Positions 25,015 to 38,000 of a DNA stretch of 64,000 nucleotides are shown here, piece after piece (position 1 is the stretch's first letter; each line of letters begins with the position of its first letter). Location of the stretch: the NCBI GenBank assembly GCA_008632985.1, contig QPGO01000089.1:62001-126000 (forward strand), in the 5' to 3' direction. A program made the position numbers and the translations under genes. The notes under the pieces are model-generated. The model was not told the DNA's origin, searched no databases, and saw only the letters and a list, made by a program, of their open reading frames with translations. This DNA comes from Psammoneis japonica. Its lineage: Eukaryota.

Positions 25015-26708
25015 TCAATACCTCCTCTTGACAGGTGTTGAGATGCCACCAGACCGTTTCGTCGTAACAACCGTTCTCATGCCTGCCTCCAAGAATCCCA
25101 ACACGGTAAAGGTCCCTCCAAAAATCGCCATTAGCGATGTAATGTATTCATAAAACTTGCGTGACTTTGGCTTGTAGGATACGGCAATGGGACTCAGGTC
25201 AATGATGAATTTAGCTTCCGGGACGATATCGTTGCGATAGTATGCCAGTTCCGTCGACTGCAACACCTGGTATGCCTTGAGACCTGTTCCAACGGTGCGA
25301 CTTTGCATCCAAGCCGTTCTGATTTGATTATCAAAGTTTGTTGGGACAAGTTTAATGTAGTGGTGATAAGCTTCATGCAGATTTGGTGTCGCATAGACAT
25401 TGCCGTTCATGGGCGTGGTAGACTCGGCAAGATTTCCTGGAAATTTGAGATGCGTTTGCTGCTTCAAGTGCTTAATAAGCCGGTCGTCTCCAAAACTCAA
25501 GTGATGTATTTCGTGAGAAACGTTGGTCATGTGCGGTGCCAAGTCATGAGACTTGGACCTGGCTTGAATGAAAAAGTTGCCCGGTACCCGGTCGAGCATC
25601 AGGGTTCCTGATAACTGACATCCGGGATGGTCACTAGGATTCCATTGGCTAGACTGTGTCGCATGACGACTCCGTTCGACGCCCTCGGCCCACTGCTTTT
25701 CTTCTTCACTAACATTCAATCGCTTCTTTACTGCATCTTGAGCCAAATGGAGCCAACGCCCCTCTTGCTGCAAGTCGGAACGATGGCGTTCTTCGACATT
25801 CTCCAAATATTGCGTCATGGCCAACACTGTACGATGACCCATGTACTCGGAATGCTTTTCTCCGTCGATGAACAGTCGTAGAGTGGGATAACTCCGAATA
25901 CCTTCCGATCTGCAAAGTTCCTTGTGATCCACGCAATCAATCTTGGCCACCACAACCGGAAGTTCGAGCTGCAGCGCCTCTCTGTATTCCTCCGGGGTGT
26001 AGTCATTCTCCGCTTTAAGCTCGTCGCCGACACTTTTATCGGCAGCGTCCACCATGACTTCAGCGAGAGTCTCCCACGTCGGGGCTACAAAAGTCAATCG
26101 AGAATGTCAGCAAATGATTTGATATTACGTAGAACAAAAAGAATAAAATGATGTGTAGTATGCTTACCCAAATCACGACAATGACTGCACCATGAAGCGT
26201 AAAAGTCGACAAAAAGGTACTCGTATTCGACCTTTGCAAACTCAAACGTATCGCTGTCGAGAGAAATCGCATCCTCCCCATTTTCGTGCAAGTCTTCAAT
26301 TGACTCTGTAACCTTGGAATCGCTCATTTCAATATCATTCTGATTAAAGTTCCGCCCAAGAAGTCTCTGACGAATACCGTCACTATCGACAGTCCACTTA
26401 TTGATGTTCTTGGAGACGTTTTGCTCTGTGCCCAACACACTTACAACATCAATCGCCGCATACTCGCACCGTAAGTCCAGCATTGTTATGTTGAAATTGA
26501 CTCGAATTTTCTCGGAATCGCCCGAAGAATCCAAAGCTAGATCCGTAACGATGGACGTGGATAGAAACTGCCTCGTTTCTTGGAAGAAGAGAGTCAAGAT
26601 CAACAGCACGACAGCCCACGATAAAACTCTTCCCTCTCGAGTTCCCTCCACCAAGTCTCCGGGGACCTTACGGTACATATCGAGGTTCGCTGCCCACCGA
26701 CGTGCCAT
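25015..26708 (-). CDS. ERGIC3/Erv46-type COPII cargo receptor with an internal thioredoxin domain (PDI-C / PDIL5-4-like)
   Basis: 'LDMYRKVPGDLVEGTREG', 'RVNFNITMLDLRCEYAAIDV', 'VDFYASWCSHC', 'HPGCQLSGTLMLDRVPGNFFI', 'PEAKFIIDLSPIAV', 'YITSLMAIFGGTFTV'. Intron 26167-26085. Confidence 0.9.
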
Positions 26709-27265
26709 GTTGTTGTTGCTGATGATGAGTTATAGAATCAATACGGTTGCAAGTTGCTGTAAGATCAAACTGAGGACGATCGCTGTGGTACGGCGGTGTG
26801 CTCATTGGCTCACCACCCGCAGATTGTGCGCGCAAAAATGACCGCCGTTATTTCTGTACTGCACGACTGTAGAAATCTACGTCGTAAAGGTGGTTTCTGC
26901 ATGCGGAGGATGGCAACATGCCGGGTAGAACAACCAGACAGACCGCATGAGCTAGCTAGTAGAGATAAAATAGAATATGGTAGAGCTTGTTTCGGCTCGA
27001 CTACATTACTAGCTAGAGTAGGAACTAGGAGCCAACATCTCAAAGGAGTGTCTCTGGTTCCTGCTATCGCACCTCATGAATAGTCTCTATATGCACTGGA
27101 AACTCTCCGAATCTGAAATCAATTGACTTTGCTGCGATCATCGTCTAGGCAATGAACTACTTTTAGCCTGGTAGCAGAAGCAATCACACGGAACATGGTA
27201 CCATAGCTCACCTACCAAGAAAAGCTATGTATTCAAAGGTTAGTAGCATTTATATATTAATTACG

Positions 27266-30200
27266 TTAATCTTCAATGGTGATGATGGTATGCCCCATGC
27301 GGCGGCCATCTAGCCCCGTGTGTATTACCACCCCCAGGGAATTCGACTCAACAACTGACCAGTCGATAGTGATGGGTAGAATAGCGCCAGCTTGTGCAGT
27401 TGCAGGCGCATTGATTTGGGCGTTTCCAGCATTACTGTCTGGTGCCCAGGCGTACAAAAAGAATCTTGCATCGGGACCTTGCGTTTCATATGCGAAAACA
27501 TCGACAATGTAGACTTTAGTGCTATCGGGGTTGATCAAGTCCACCTCCTCATCGGACGTGCTAGAAGTGCTTCGCCCTACACGAATACAGCCCCCACGTT
27601 CTCCAAGAGTGGCATGGGTGCATTCCCACACATACAGATCGAGATCATGATTCCCGTCCGTGTATTGATCAAAAAGAGAAAAGCGTACGAACCCAACAGT
27701 TGGCTCGAACTCAAATTCAAAACGTCGAACCCCATCCGTCCTGTTAAAATTATAGCGGCGGACGGAACCTTCCTCCACCAGGTCCTCTTGAACAATTGCA
27801 GCGTTAAATCCATAAAAGTCTGCAGAATAGGATCCAGTGTAACCAAACTCAATGTCAAAGCTTACGGAGCCAGTCAAGTTATTGCCGACAATTTTCGTCG
27901 GAGCCTCGTACTCTTCGACAAATACGGCAATAGGGCTCCTGATGGAATACTCCGTTGTATTACCAACGCTGCGCCACGTCAATGAACCAAAAGCCCATTC
28001 ATCTGGTATCAAACCATTCGCCGAAGACAGTACAACCTCATACGTAGCCGATTCGCCGTCCGAAAGCGTAAGAGTATCGGGAGTAACAACGACACTGAGG
28101 CCCAAAGGTGCATCGATCGACACTTCAAACGTTTCCGTAGAATTTGATTCAGTCACACAAGTGACAGTTCGAACGATAGTCTTGGAGGCCAGAAACTTCT
28201 CAACACCAATTGAAGGATAGTTCAGATTGCTCTGACTCACAGTTTCGATATCAAATACTTCCTGTCTTTGACAGAGATAGAGTTGGGAAGGCTCCACGTC
28301 GCAAAGGAAGCCAATGTATTCAAAGAAGCCCGTGTCATACACTAAACCTGGATTAAAGGCTCCAGACGGGACAATATGCCCCGACCCAATATCAAAGGGA
28401 GTTGAGGGTTCATTGTCATCTCCAATGGTGATGTCTTGTCTTGCGGATGTCATAATGGCTGATTTCGCCATGGCAGCCGTCCACGTCGGATGAGCCTGCT
28501 TCAACAGAGCAAACAAACCTGCCACATGGGGAGATGCCATGCTTGTTCCACTCATGGTGATAAAACTATCATCGCCTGCTGCCAAAATGTCAACCCCTGG
28601 TGCAATTATATCGGGCTTGATTATGGAAGCTGCTCCTGCCGCATTGGGCCCTCGAGACGAGAAGGAAGCCACTCGATTTTCTTCTGAAACTGTCGAATAT
28701 GAGAATGAGACCGTCGTTTCATTTAAAGCGCTAACAAGAAGACTGCCATCATCGTGGGAAAGAAATAGACCGGGTATCGTCGTATTCTCTGCATTCATTC
28801 GCATACGACCAAAGCGATCTGGCTCAGTGCCGTCGTTGTACACAAGAATTACGGAAGCCCCTGCATTAGCTGTAAAATTAAACTTGTCAACAAACAGGCA
28901 GCCACCGCGAATTACAAGGACGACCTTTCCGGACAGATCCCCATTATTCAGCGCTTCACACGCATTGGGCGGGTCGGCTACCACCACTTCAAAAGTAATG
29001 TCGGTGGCATTTATATCCTCCATTCGAACCGGAGAATTCGCTTCTGTAGCAGAGTAGTTTCCAGCAACTGATGGTGGATTCAAAATCTCAATCATAGTCC
29101 CAACTACACCGTCATCTGTGCCTGCACCCACAGCGGTAATCCACGGTATCACAGCTGGAGATGAAATGGTGCGTGAACCTCCGCTGCCGCCATTCCCGGC
29201 AGAGGTCGCCACGAAAACCCCCGCATCAGCAGCATTCAAAAAGGCCAAGTCGTCAGCACTGGAAAATGTTATTGGGTTCAGGCTGCCAAAAGAATAATTG
29301 ATCACGTCAACGCCATCGGCGAGAGCTTTATCAATTGCCGCCACGATATCGGAAACAAAACAAGTTTGGCCTGTCTCACCCTCAGCTATCCAGCACGGCT
29401 TGTACACTGCTAGCCGAGCTCGTGGTGCCATTCCTGATATTCCTTTAACAATTTCACCATCTACCTCGGCTTCTTCGAGGAAATTCCCGGCAGCAGTCCC
29501 TGCTGTATGAGTACCGTGCGTGTCCGCATCGCGTGCAGATAAGAATTCGTTCGGAGCAATCCCTTGTCCATCGCCACCACAAGGGAGATTGCGGTTGGCA
29601 ACCTGTGAGTACCCCGCTACAAAACACTGTGCCGTTAGTAGCTTGTTGTTGCAAGAGAACGGAGCATCGTTGCTGTTGAAATTGTCAAAGCCAAATTCAC
29701 ACTCTCTCCCACTGAATCCCTCAGGTGGAGGCCCGTAAGGAACTTTTTCCCCCAAATCACCATTAATCGGGGTTGGAACGTCGCTAAAGCTCGAGATTTC
29801 AGGAATAATACCACTGTCAATTATACCCACAACAATATCTTCTCCACTGTATCCAAGAGACCAAGGTCCACCTGCACCTGAGAATCCTGAAAAGCTCGCA
29901 CTACTTTCGGTCTCGACGTGGCGAATTTCATCTGGTGTAACGCTAATCACATTTTCTTCTTTCGCCATTCTGCTGGCTTCTGCCTCCGTTAACTTTATGG
30001 AAGCACCATTGAACGCATACGTGTAGCCCCATACCTTCGTCCCACCGCATGACTCAACAGCCTCGTCTTGAATCCTCTCCAAGTACGAAACATACTCCAT
30101 AACTTTGCGGCTTCGTGTTTCAAGCTTACGGTTCTTGCTCGGTTTTGTCTCATGGTGTACACTCACTGGGTCGTCTACAAACTGAACAATATATGTTTTG

Positions 30201-30328
30201 ACAGAAGCATCGTCACCACCATCGGGGAAGGCCTTTTTCGCAATAGTTTCTGGTTCTTCCAGAGCAATCCAGTCGACGCCAAATGCCGCACGACAGAGGC
30301 TCAGCACGACCCAGAAAGAAAGCTTCAT
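27266..30328 (-). CDS. Subtilisin-like S8 serine protease, copy 1 (signal, I9 propeptide, S8 + PA, Fn3-like, PPC-like tail)
   Basis: Intronless 1020 aa. Catalytic motifs IIDSGI, HGTHTAGT and SGTSMASPHVAG; YTYAFNG propeptide; PA motif 'IRGGCLF.DK'; NLNYPSI. Confidence 0.93.
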   Translation of the reverse strand: MKLSFWVVLSLCRAAFGVDWIALEEPETIAKKAFPDGGDDASVKTYIVQFVDDPVSVHHETKPSKNRKLETRSRKVMEYVSYLERIQDEAVESCGGTKVWGYTYAFNGASIKLTEAEASRMAKEENVISVTPDEIRHVETESSASFSGFSGAGGPWSLGYSGEDIVVGIIDSGIIPEISSFSDVPTPINGDLGEKVPYGPPPEGFSGRECEFGFDNFNSNDAPFSCNNKLLTAQCFVAGYSQVANRNLPCGGDGQGIAPNEFLSARDADTHGTHTAGTAAGNFLEEAEVDGEIVKGISGMAPRARLAVYKPCWIAEGETGQTCFVSDIVAAIDKALADGVDVINYSFGSLNPITFSSADDLAFLNAADAGVFVATSAGNGGSGGSRTISSPAVIPWITAVGAGTDDGVVGTMIEILNPPSVAGNYSATEANSPVRMEDINATDITFEVVVADPPNACEALNNGDLSGKVVLVIRGGCLFVDKFNFTANAGASVILVYNDGTEPDRFGRMRMNAENTTIPGLFLSHDDGSLLVSALNETTVSFSYSTVSEENRVASFSSRGPNAAGAASIIKPDIIAPGVDILAAGDDSFITMSGTSMASPHVAGLFALLKQAHPTWTAAMAKSAIMTSARQDITIGDDNEPSTPFDIGSGHIVPSGAFNPGLVYDTGFFEYIGFLCDVEPSQLYLCQRQEVFDIETVSQSNLNYPSIGVEKFLASKTIVRTVTCVTESNSTETFEVSIDAPLGLSVVVTPDTLTLSDGESATYEVVLSSANGLIPDEWAFGSLTWRSVGNTTEYSIRSPIAVFVEEYEAPTKIVGNNLTGSVSFDIEFGYTGSYSADFYGFNAAIVQEDLVEEGSVRRYNFNRTDGVRRFEFEFEPTVGFVRFSLFDQYTDGNHDLDLYVWECTHATLGERGGCIRVGRSTSSTSDEEVDLINPDSTKVYIVDVFAYETQGPDARFFLYAWAPDSNAGNAQINAPATAQAGAILPITIDWSVVESNSLGVVIHTGLDGRRMGHTIITIED

Positions 30329-30549
30329 TGCTGGGAAGAGAAGCGATTGTTGGATTCCTTCAGTTTCTGCACGTATCGGTATTTTGTGAGACTAGATTAT
30401 GCAAGGTGTGAAGTTCGTCATGGCCAATGCGCGATTCTTTGATACGACCATACATGCGAGTAATGCAGTCGTGTTTACCAACGCGCATTCCGAGCGTTAA
30501 GCCAACCGTTGACAACCATCCAAATAGCTACAGCATTGAATGTTCTGAT

Positions 30550-33500
30550 TGACGTGACAGGAGCTCCAAAAATCATTGCATGTTGGGCCGCCCGCCTGGA
30601 CGTGAACCTCCTTTCCTCAACAAAGAAACGCTGACACTCACGCGATGTCATGGTCGACACCCCCCTTTGTGGATGGTGCACCACACAATGATTGCCAGCA
30701 CCAAACATAACATGCCACCAGTCATGGTGTCGACACCACGCTCCAGCATGAGAGAAAGCTCTCCCCTTGTTGCAGCACCTCTCTCTCTTGCACCATCTTG
30801 CACTTTTTTGAAGCAGCAGCTGCAAAGCGGCGCGGGGGTCGTCGCACACCTGTCTTGGTGTTGCACGTCTGCAAACAATGACCTGGAACGAGGTGCTTTG
30901 CTGTCAACAAGTGTTTTGTGAAGGAGCAAAAGTTGTTTTTCACTCATCACAGGCAGAGCCATGGTGGTGTGGTGTGTGGTGACTGCTCCTGTGGGTGTGC
31001 CGCACAAAGTCGGGGGCAAGTGGCAGCTCTCTTTTTTTTCAGCTGGGCTGGTGTGTGCGCGAGTGAGAAACCAAAATTGCTCCTTGTGTGCTGCATTCAA
31101 AATCATGGTGTGGCACTGCATGCTGAGAGCTGGCAGCTTTTTTTTCAACCAGGCTGTTGCTCCTTGTGCGCGGCAGCACAAAAAATCATTGTGTGGCTGC
31201 GGTGCAGCGCTCCGAGAGCTGGTGGCTTTCTTTTGTCAACCAGGACAGTGTGTGCTCTGTGTGAAAAGCCAAAGTTACTCCTCACAAGCTGCAGGCAAAA
31301 AATTCATGGCTCTGTGCCACCATGATGCCCCCTGGGGGCTGGGGCAGCTCTGTTTTTTCTCAACAAGGCTGGCTGGCGCCTGTGTGTGACACAGACTGCA
31401 AGCTTCAAAGGGGGGCTTCACAAGTGAGGCCAATGGAAAAACTCTTCCCCAGAATGATCAGTTTTTTTTTTAGACACTGCACCAGTCATGGTTGATTTTT
31501 TTCCCAAGAACAAAGCTGCCAAAGTTTTGCAGCAGGAAGGAGCATCATGTGGGTGGCACTGTGTGAGAGAGAGGGGAGAAGAGAGAGACAGTTGGCCCCA
31601 ATGACTTGATGATGTGGAACAAAGTCAGAGGAGACACTGTTTGATTGACATTGTGCTCCAAGTGAGGTGGTGAAAAATGACATCAGAGATGCCAGCTCAT
31701 CTTTGGGCACACACTTTTTTTGTTGTGGTGCTGGTGGGTGCAAGGGGGCACGGATGGTCAAAAAGAGGAGGTGCCGGGAACACCCCAGTGCTCAGCTGAG
31801 ATGCCTTGGTTTGTCTGTGGCAAAATTGCTGGCACAATGGAGCACATTGCCAACTTGTGCTTGCAACCTGCTGCAGCAGACAAGCTGCTGCCAGGCACTT
31901 GGTCAGAAGAGACTGCACTCTCAGAAGGGGAGTGCCACAGCCCATGGAGACACTGTCTCTGGCCCTTCTTTGGCACAATGCAAGAGCTCTTGCCAGCCAC
32001 CATCATGCAGCTCAGTTGTTTGCACAGGGGCAGTTGTGCCAGGATGGGTCAAATTGTTTTGGGGGAGAGAGGAGCAAAAGGGCACCAAGCTGGGAGAGCT
32101 CTCACCCCCTCTGCAGCACATGAAAAAAATGAAAGCACACACAGGGCTTGTTTGTTGCCACATCTTCCTTCAGAGTGAGCAGGCTCTGTTGTGCTCCAAC
32201 AGCTTTGGCAGAGTTGTGTGAGAACTTCCCTGTGGGGCCAAGCCTCATCCTTTTTTGTTGGTCACATCAAGAAGGCACTTGCACAGTGCGTGGTGGCAAA
32301 CCTCATGGCGATCCAGTTGAGTTGTGCAGCAAGCACATCGTTTCTTTGTGGCACTGCATCTGCATCTTGTGCTTTGCAATTTTGTGCATGAGCTCTCCTG
32401 GTGTGCTTGTGTGACCAACCTGGGCAATCTTTGTGATCACTGTGAGTCAAGGTTGCAACCACCTCCAAAAAAATCATTCACTTGACCACACCTCATCATG
32501 CAGCTCGGCTGACAGCTGCTGTTGTGCAGCACGTCTTTTTTGAGTTCTCATTCTTGCTTGCTTGCCCCACTGCCATTTTGTTTTTCAGCCCAGTTGACTG
32601 CTTGCATGCACCATCATGAAAAACAGGGAAAATGGAGCTCACCGGAGAGTCTCCAACTCCTGTTGCATCATTGTGCTGGAAACTCTCCAAATCAACTGAG
32701 GCCGCTGTGAGCCCTTCCACAGAGCTGGAGCATGTGCGAGTCTGCTGGTGGCTAGAAAAGCAAGAAAAGCACTGGAATTTGCAGCTGCAAAAGAATCACC
32801 AGCAAGCATGTGTTTGCTGGTTTGGGATGCCACAGTGTCATTGGCTGTGGCTGGATGGCTGGATGGCATGGCATGGCTGTGGAAGGGTGGGCTGGCCTGG
32901 CTGGCTGGTGGCTGAGTGGATCTTCTGTGTGGGGGTGACCATTTGGCTGGAACAATTCAACCAAATCTTTTTTTCAACGTTTGTTTGTGCCATCAGGATT
33001 CCTCGTGCTTTTTGTGTGACAAAAAAAGGATTCCAACTGTGGTGCATTTGCTGTTAAGATGTCATCAATGTTGATGTGGGAGGCTGCATCGGCGCATCAT
33101 TGTGTCCACAACCCCCATGGGAAGACATCTGCAATGCAGTGCAACTCCCCAATTTTGTTTTGATGAGCCGTTTTAACATCACTCCTTGTGTTCCTCATGC
33201 AATTTTTGCTGTGCTGTTGCTGCCTCCGACAGAGTGCAAAGGTGCCCAAGACCTCATTGAAGCAGGTTCTTTGTGCCAAGGTGAGTTCTTTTGTTGCACA
33301 TGCTTCAATGACAGTGAAGAAGGCAACTTGATGATTTTGTCCCCAGAAAATCGTTTTGGCTCACAAGCCACACTGGAAGGAGTGAAAAGGACATGATCTC
33401 TGATGTGCGCTGCACTTTGGCAAGTTCTTCTTGCAATTTGACCACAAGTCATTTTTCAGTGCATGTGGACAGCACCCTAGAAATGGGTTTGAAGAGATTC

Positions 33501-34700
33501 ACAGTCAAAGGAAGAAGACAGACAAGTGACATGTGTGGTGAAGCACACAAGCCCATGTCACAGAGCCCGGAAGAGGTGCCGCTGCTGATTTCAGCAGATG
33601 TTGAGACGGCATCTTGCAGAGCCAACATGCAAGCTAGAACACGTGCTGAAGGAGGAATTCATTGGCACAAACAAATCATTTCTTTTCTAAAAATTGTGTC
33701 CAGCAGCATCAAACCAGCAAGCAGTTCACACTTTGCTGGTCCACTTGACTTTTTCTGCATCATCTCCCTCATGTTCAGCATTTCCCACCATGGCAGCAGC
33801 CCTGCTCTTTCCACCATCGTCCACAGCTTTGTCAGCTGACCCCACAACAAACATGACATGCAACATTCAGATTCTTTGTGATCCAAGAATGTGTCATGAA
33901 ACTCACTCAGAAAAACTTGCCATCAGCAATTTCATTGTTTTTGTGGCAAATGTGTTGAACAATGGCATTTGCTGTTTTCTGCAAATCTCTGACTGAGGAC
34001 ATTGCCTGTTCATGCAACCAAGTGAGTGTTTGTTCTTGCACTTGCATGTCCCCTGCTCAAGCTGCCCAATCAACAAACATCTCAGTTGCCACGCACTTGT
34101 TGCACATGCACCGATTGCCCTCTGGCAGTGGGGCTGGTTTGCAAAGCACTTCTTTGGAAGTGCTCTCACACAATGGACTGGGTGTGATTCAAACCACACA
34201 GCAATTTTTCATGTTCAGAAATGTTGTTTGTCACTCCAGTCCCTGGGCACTTTTGAGTGTGTGTCTTCCATTCTTTGTCATTCCCTCTTTCACATTTCCT
34301 TGGCCTCTTTCTTTCATCTCCACCTCCTCTGCTCCCAACCCAGCCAAGCCTGATGATGCACAACAGCTGCAGCAATTCGCTGCACTCAGATCAAAGGAAC
34401 ACTCATGGAGCAATCTTGAAAGCATGTGCCAGCCAGGATTTCATTGAGAGCTGCCATCAAAGTGGATGACAATGGTGGGCAACCCACAGCAACCCCCCTC
34501 ATCCTCTGTCAAGTGTGTCTTTGGCAAAATTTGCACTTTGGTTGTGGCTGCAGGGTTCTTTGTTTTCACTTGCAGCCACTCTTTGCAATTCAGCCCCCCG
34601 GTTCATGCTGGCTGACTGCACTGCTGACTTGCTGCACTTGTTTCACCATTTGCTTCTCTCGTATTATGGAGGCAACATTTCCTTTGGTGTTCTCGATGAA
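30550..34700. mobile_element. Highly degenerate repeat or transposon relic, unclassified, between the two subtilase copies
   Basis: Near absence of both TpA and CpG, no credible ORF, and subterminal-like short repeats at ~30900-31390. Homology between the subtilase upstream flanks breaks down at about 30550. Confidence 0.55.
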
Positions 34701-35099
34701 GCGGACGAGATGAAATCAGGGAGACTGTTTGGACACTTGTTCTTGTTTTATGTGCTCTGTGCTAGCAGCTAGAGATTCTACTGTCCAATGCAATCAAAAT
34801 AAAAGGCCCAACAGAACCATCTTGCGCTGATATTCCGAATGTAAACTACTCGTACACGACAGCTAGTAAGTGTGGTAACAGAAGCAATCACACGTAACAA
34901 GGTACCATAAGTCACTCTCTAGGGCCCTAAACAAGAAACGGCTCTGTCCACGTACTAATAATACGGTAGAGCTATGAACTGATCCATAGTTATGGATTGA
35001 ACCGACTCCCTGGCGCGAATAAGTCTACCATAGGCAGCAGCTCGAATGAGTTGTGTAATATTTTGGATTGGATTAAGTAGTAGTTGGGTATTAAATATA

Positions 35100-38000
35100 T
35101 TACACTTGAATGGTGATGATTGTATGTCCCAGGAGGCGGCCATCTGGTCCAGTGTGTATTACCGCCCCAAGGGGCGAAGAATCAAGATTTGACCAGTTGA
35201 CAGTGATGGGCAGGACAGCGCCAGCTTGTGCAGCTGCAGGCGCATTGATTTGAGCGTTCCCAGCACTGCTGTCTAATGCCCAGGCGAACAAAAAGAATCT
35301 TGCATCGGGACCTTGCGTTTGAAATGCGTGGACATCGACAACGTAGATTTTGCTGCTGTCGGGGTTGATCAAGTCCACCACCTCATCCGACGAGGCAGTA
35401 CCACTTACCCCTACTTGAATACAGCCACCGCGGTCACCAAGAGTTGCTAAGGAGCATTCCCAAACAAACAGGTCGAGATCATGATTGCCGTCCGTGTATT
35501 GATCAAAGAGAGAAAAGCGTACGAACCCAATAGTTGGTTCGAATTTAAACTCAAACCGTCGAACGCCGATCGGGTTGTTAAAACTATAGCGGTTGAAAGG
35601 ATCGTCCTCCACCACTTCCTCTTGAACAGTTGAGCTGTTAAATCCATATAAGTCCGCAGAATAATTTCCCGTGTAACCAAACTCAACGTCAAAGCTTACG
35701 GAGCCAGTCAAGTTATTGCCGACAATTTGCGTCGGAGTTTCAAAGTCGTTTACAAATACCGCGATAGGACTCCTGATGGAATACTCCGTTGTATTACCAA
35801 CGCTGCGCCACGTCAGGGAGCCAAAGTGCCATTCATCTGGTATCGCGCCATCCGCCGAAGACAATTCAACCTCATACGAAGCCGATTCGCCGTCCGAAAG
35901 CGTAAGATTGTCAGGAGTAACCACGACACTGAGGCCCAAAGGTGCATCGATCGACACTTCAAACGTTTCCGTAGAATTTGATTCAGTCACACATGTGACA
36001 GTTCGAACGATAGTCTTGGAGGCCACAAACTTCTCAACGCCAATTGACGGATAGTTCAGATTGCTCTGACTCACAGTATCAATACCAAATACTTCCTGTC
36101 TTTGACAGAGGTAGAGTCGTGACGGCTCTAGGTCGCAAAGGAAGCCAATGTATTCAAAAAAGCCCGCGTCATACACTAAACCTGGATTAAAGGCTCCAGA
36201 CGGGACAATATGCCCTGATCCAATATCAAACGGAGTTGTGGGTTCCTTGTCCATACCAATGGTGATGTCTTGTCTTGCGGATGTCATAATGGCGGATTTC
36301 GCCATGGCAGCAGTCCACGTCGGGTGAGCCTGCTTCAACAGAGCAAACAAACCTGCTACATGCGGAGATGCCATGCTTGTTCCGCTTATGGAAATAAAAC
36401 TGTCGTCGCCTGCTGCCAAAATGTCAACACCAGGTGCAATTATATCAGGCTTGATTATGGAAGCTGCTCCTGCCCTATTGGGCCCTCGAGAAGAGAAGGC
36501 AGCCACTCGATTTTCTTGTGGGACGGTCGAATATGAAAATGAAACCGCCGTTTCATTCAAAGCTCTAGCAAGAAGACTGCCATCACCAAAAGAAAGAAAT
36601 AGACCGGGTATCGTCGTATTCTGCGCAGTCATTCGAAGACGACCAAACCGATCTGGTTCAGTGCCGTCGTTGTACACAAGAATTGCGGAAGCCCCAGCTT
36701 CAGCTGCGAAATTAAACTTGTCAGTAAACAGGCAGCCACCACGAATTACAAGGACGGCCTTTCCGGACAGATCCCCATTATCTAGCAGTTCACACGCATT
36801 GGGCGGGTCGGCTACCACCACTTCAAACGTAATGTTGGTGGCATTTATATCCGCCATTCGTACTGTAGAATCCGCTTCTGTAGCTGAGTAGTTTCCAGCA
36901 ATTGATGGTGGATCCAAAATTTCAATTACAAACTCAACTACACCAGCATCTGTTCCTGCAGCCACAGCGGTAAGCCACGGTACCACAGCTGGAGATGACA
37001 TGGTCCGTGGACCTCCTGCGCCGCCATTTCCGGCAGACGTAGCCACGAAAACCCCAGCATCAACAGCATTCAAGAAAGCCATGTCATCAATATTGGAAAA
37101 CGTTGCGAAGTTCAAGCTGCCAATAGAATAATTGATCACGTCAACGCCATCGGCAAGAGCTTGGTCAATTGCCGCCACGACGTCGGAAAGGACACACGTT
37201 TGTGATGTCCCTCCCTTAGCTATCCAGCACGCCTTGTAAACTGCAAGTCGAGCTCGTGGTGCCATTCCTGATATTCCTCTAACAATTTCACCATCTACCT
37301 CGGCTTCTTCGAGGAAATTCCCGGCAGCAGTCCCTGCTGTATGAGTACCGTGTGCGTCCGCATCGCGAGCCGATAAGAATTCATTCGGAGCAATCCTAGC
37401 TCCGTCGCCACCACAAGGGAGATTGCGATTGGCAACCTGTGAGAAGCCCGCTACAAAGCACTTTGCCGTAAGTAGCTTGTTGTTGCAAGAGAACGGAGTA
37501 TCGTTGCTGTTGAATGCGTCAAACCCGAAGTCACACTCTCTCCCACTGAATCCCGCAGGAGGAGGCCCATACGCAATTCTTTCCCCCAAATCACCATTAA
37601 TCGGGGTTGGAACGTCGCTAAAGCTGGAGATTTCAGGAACAATGCCGCTGTCAATTATACCCACAACAATATCTTCTCCACTGTATCCAAGAGACCAAGG
37701 TCCACCGGGACCTGAGAATCCTGAAAAGCTCGCACTATTGTCGGTCTCGACGTGGCGAATTTCATCAGGTGTAACGCTAATCACATTTTCTTCTTGTGCC
37801 ATTCTGCTAGCCTCTGCCTCCGTTAACTTTATAGAAGCGCCATTGAACGCGTACGTGTAGCTCCACACCTTTGTCCCACCGCATGACTCAATCGCCTCGT
37901 CTTGAATCCTCTCCAAGTATGAGACATATTCCATAACTTTGCGACTTTGCGTTTCAAGCTTACGGTTCTCGCTTGGTTTTGTCTCGTGGTGTACACTCAC

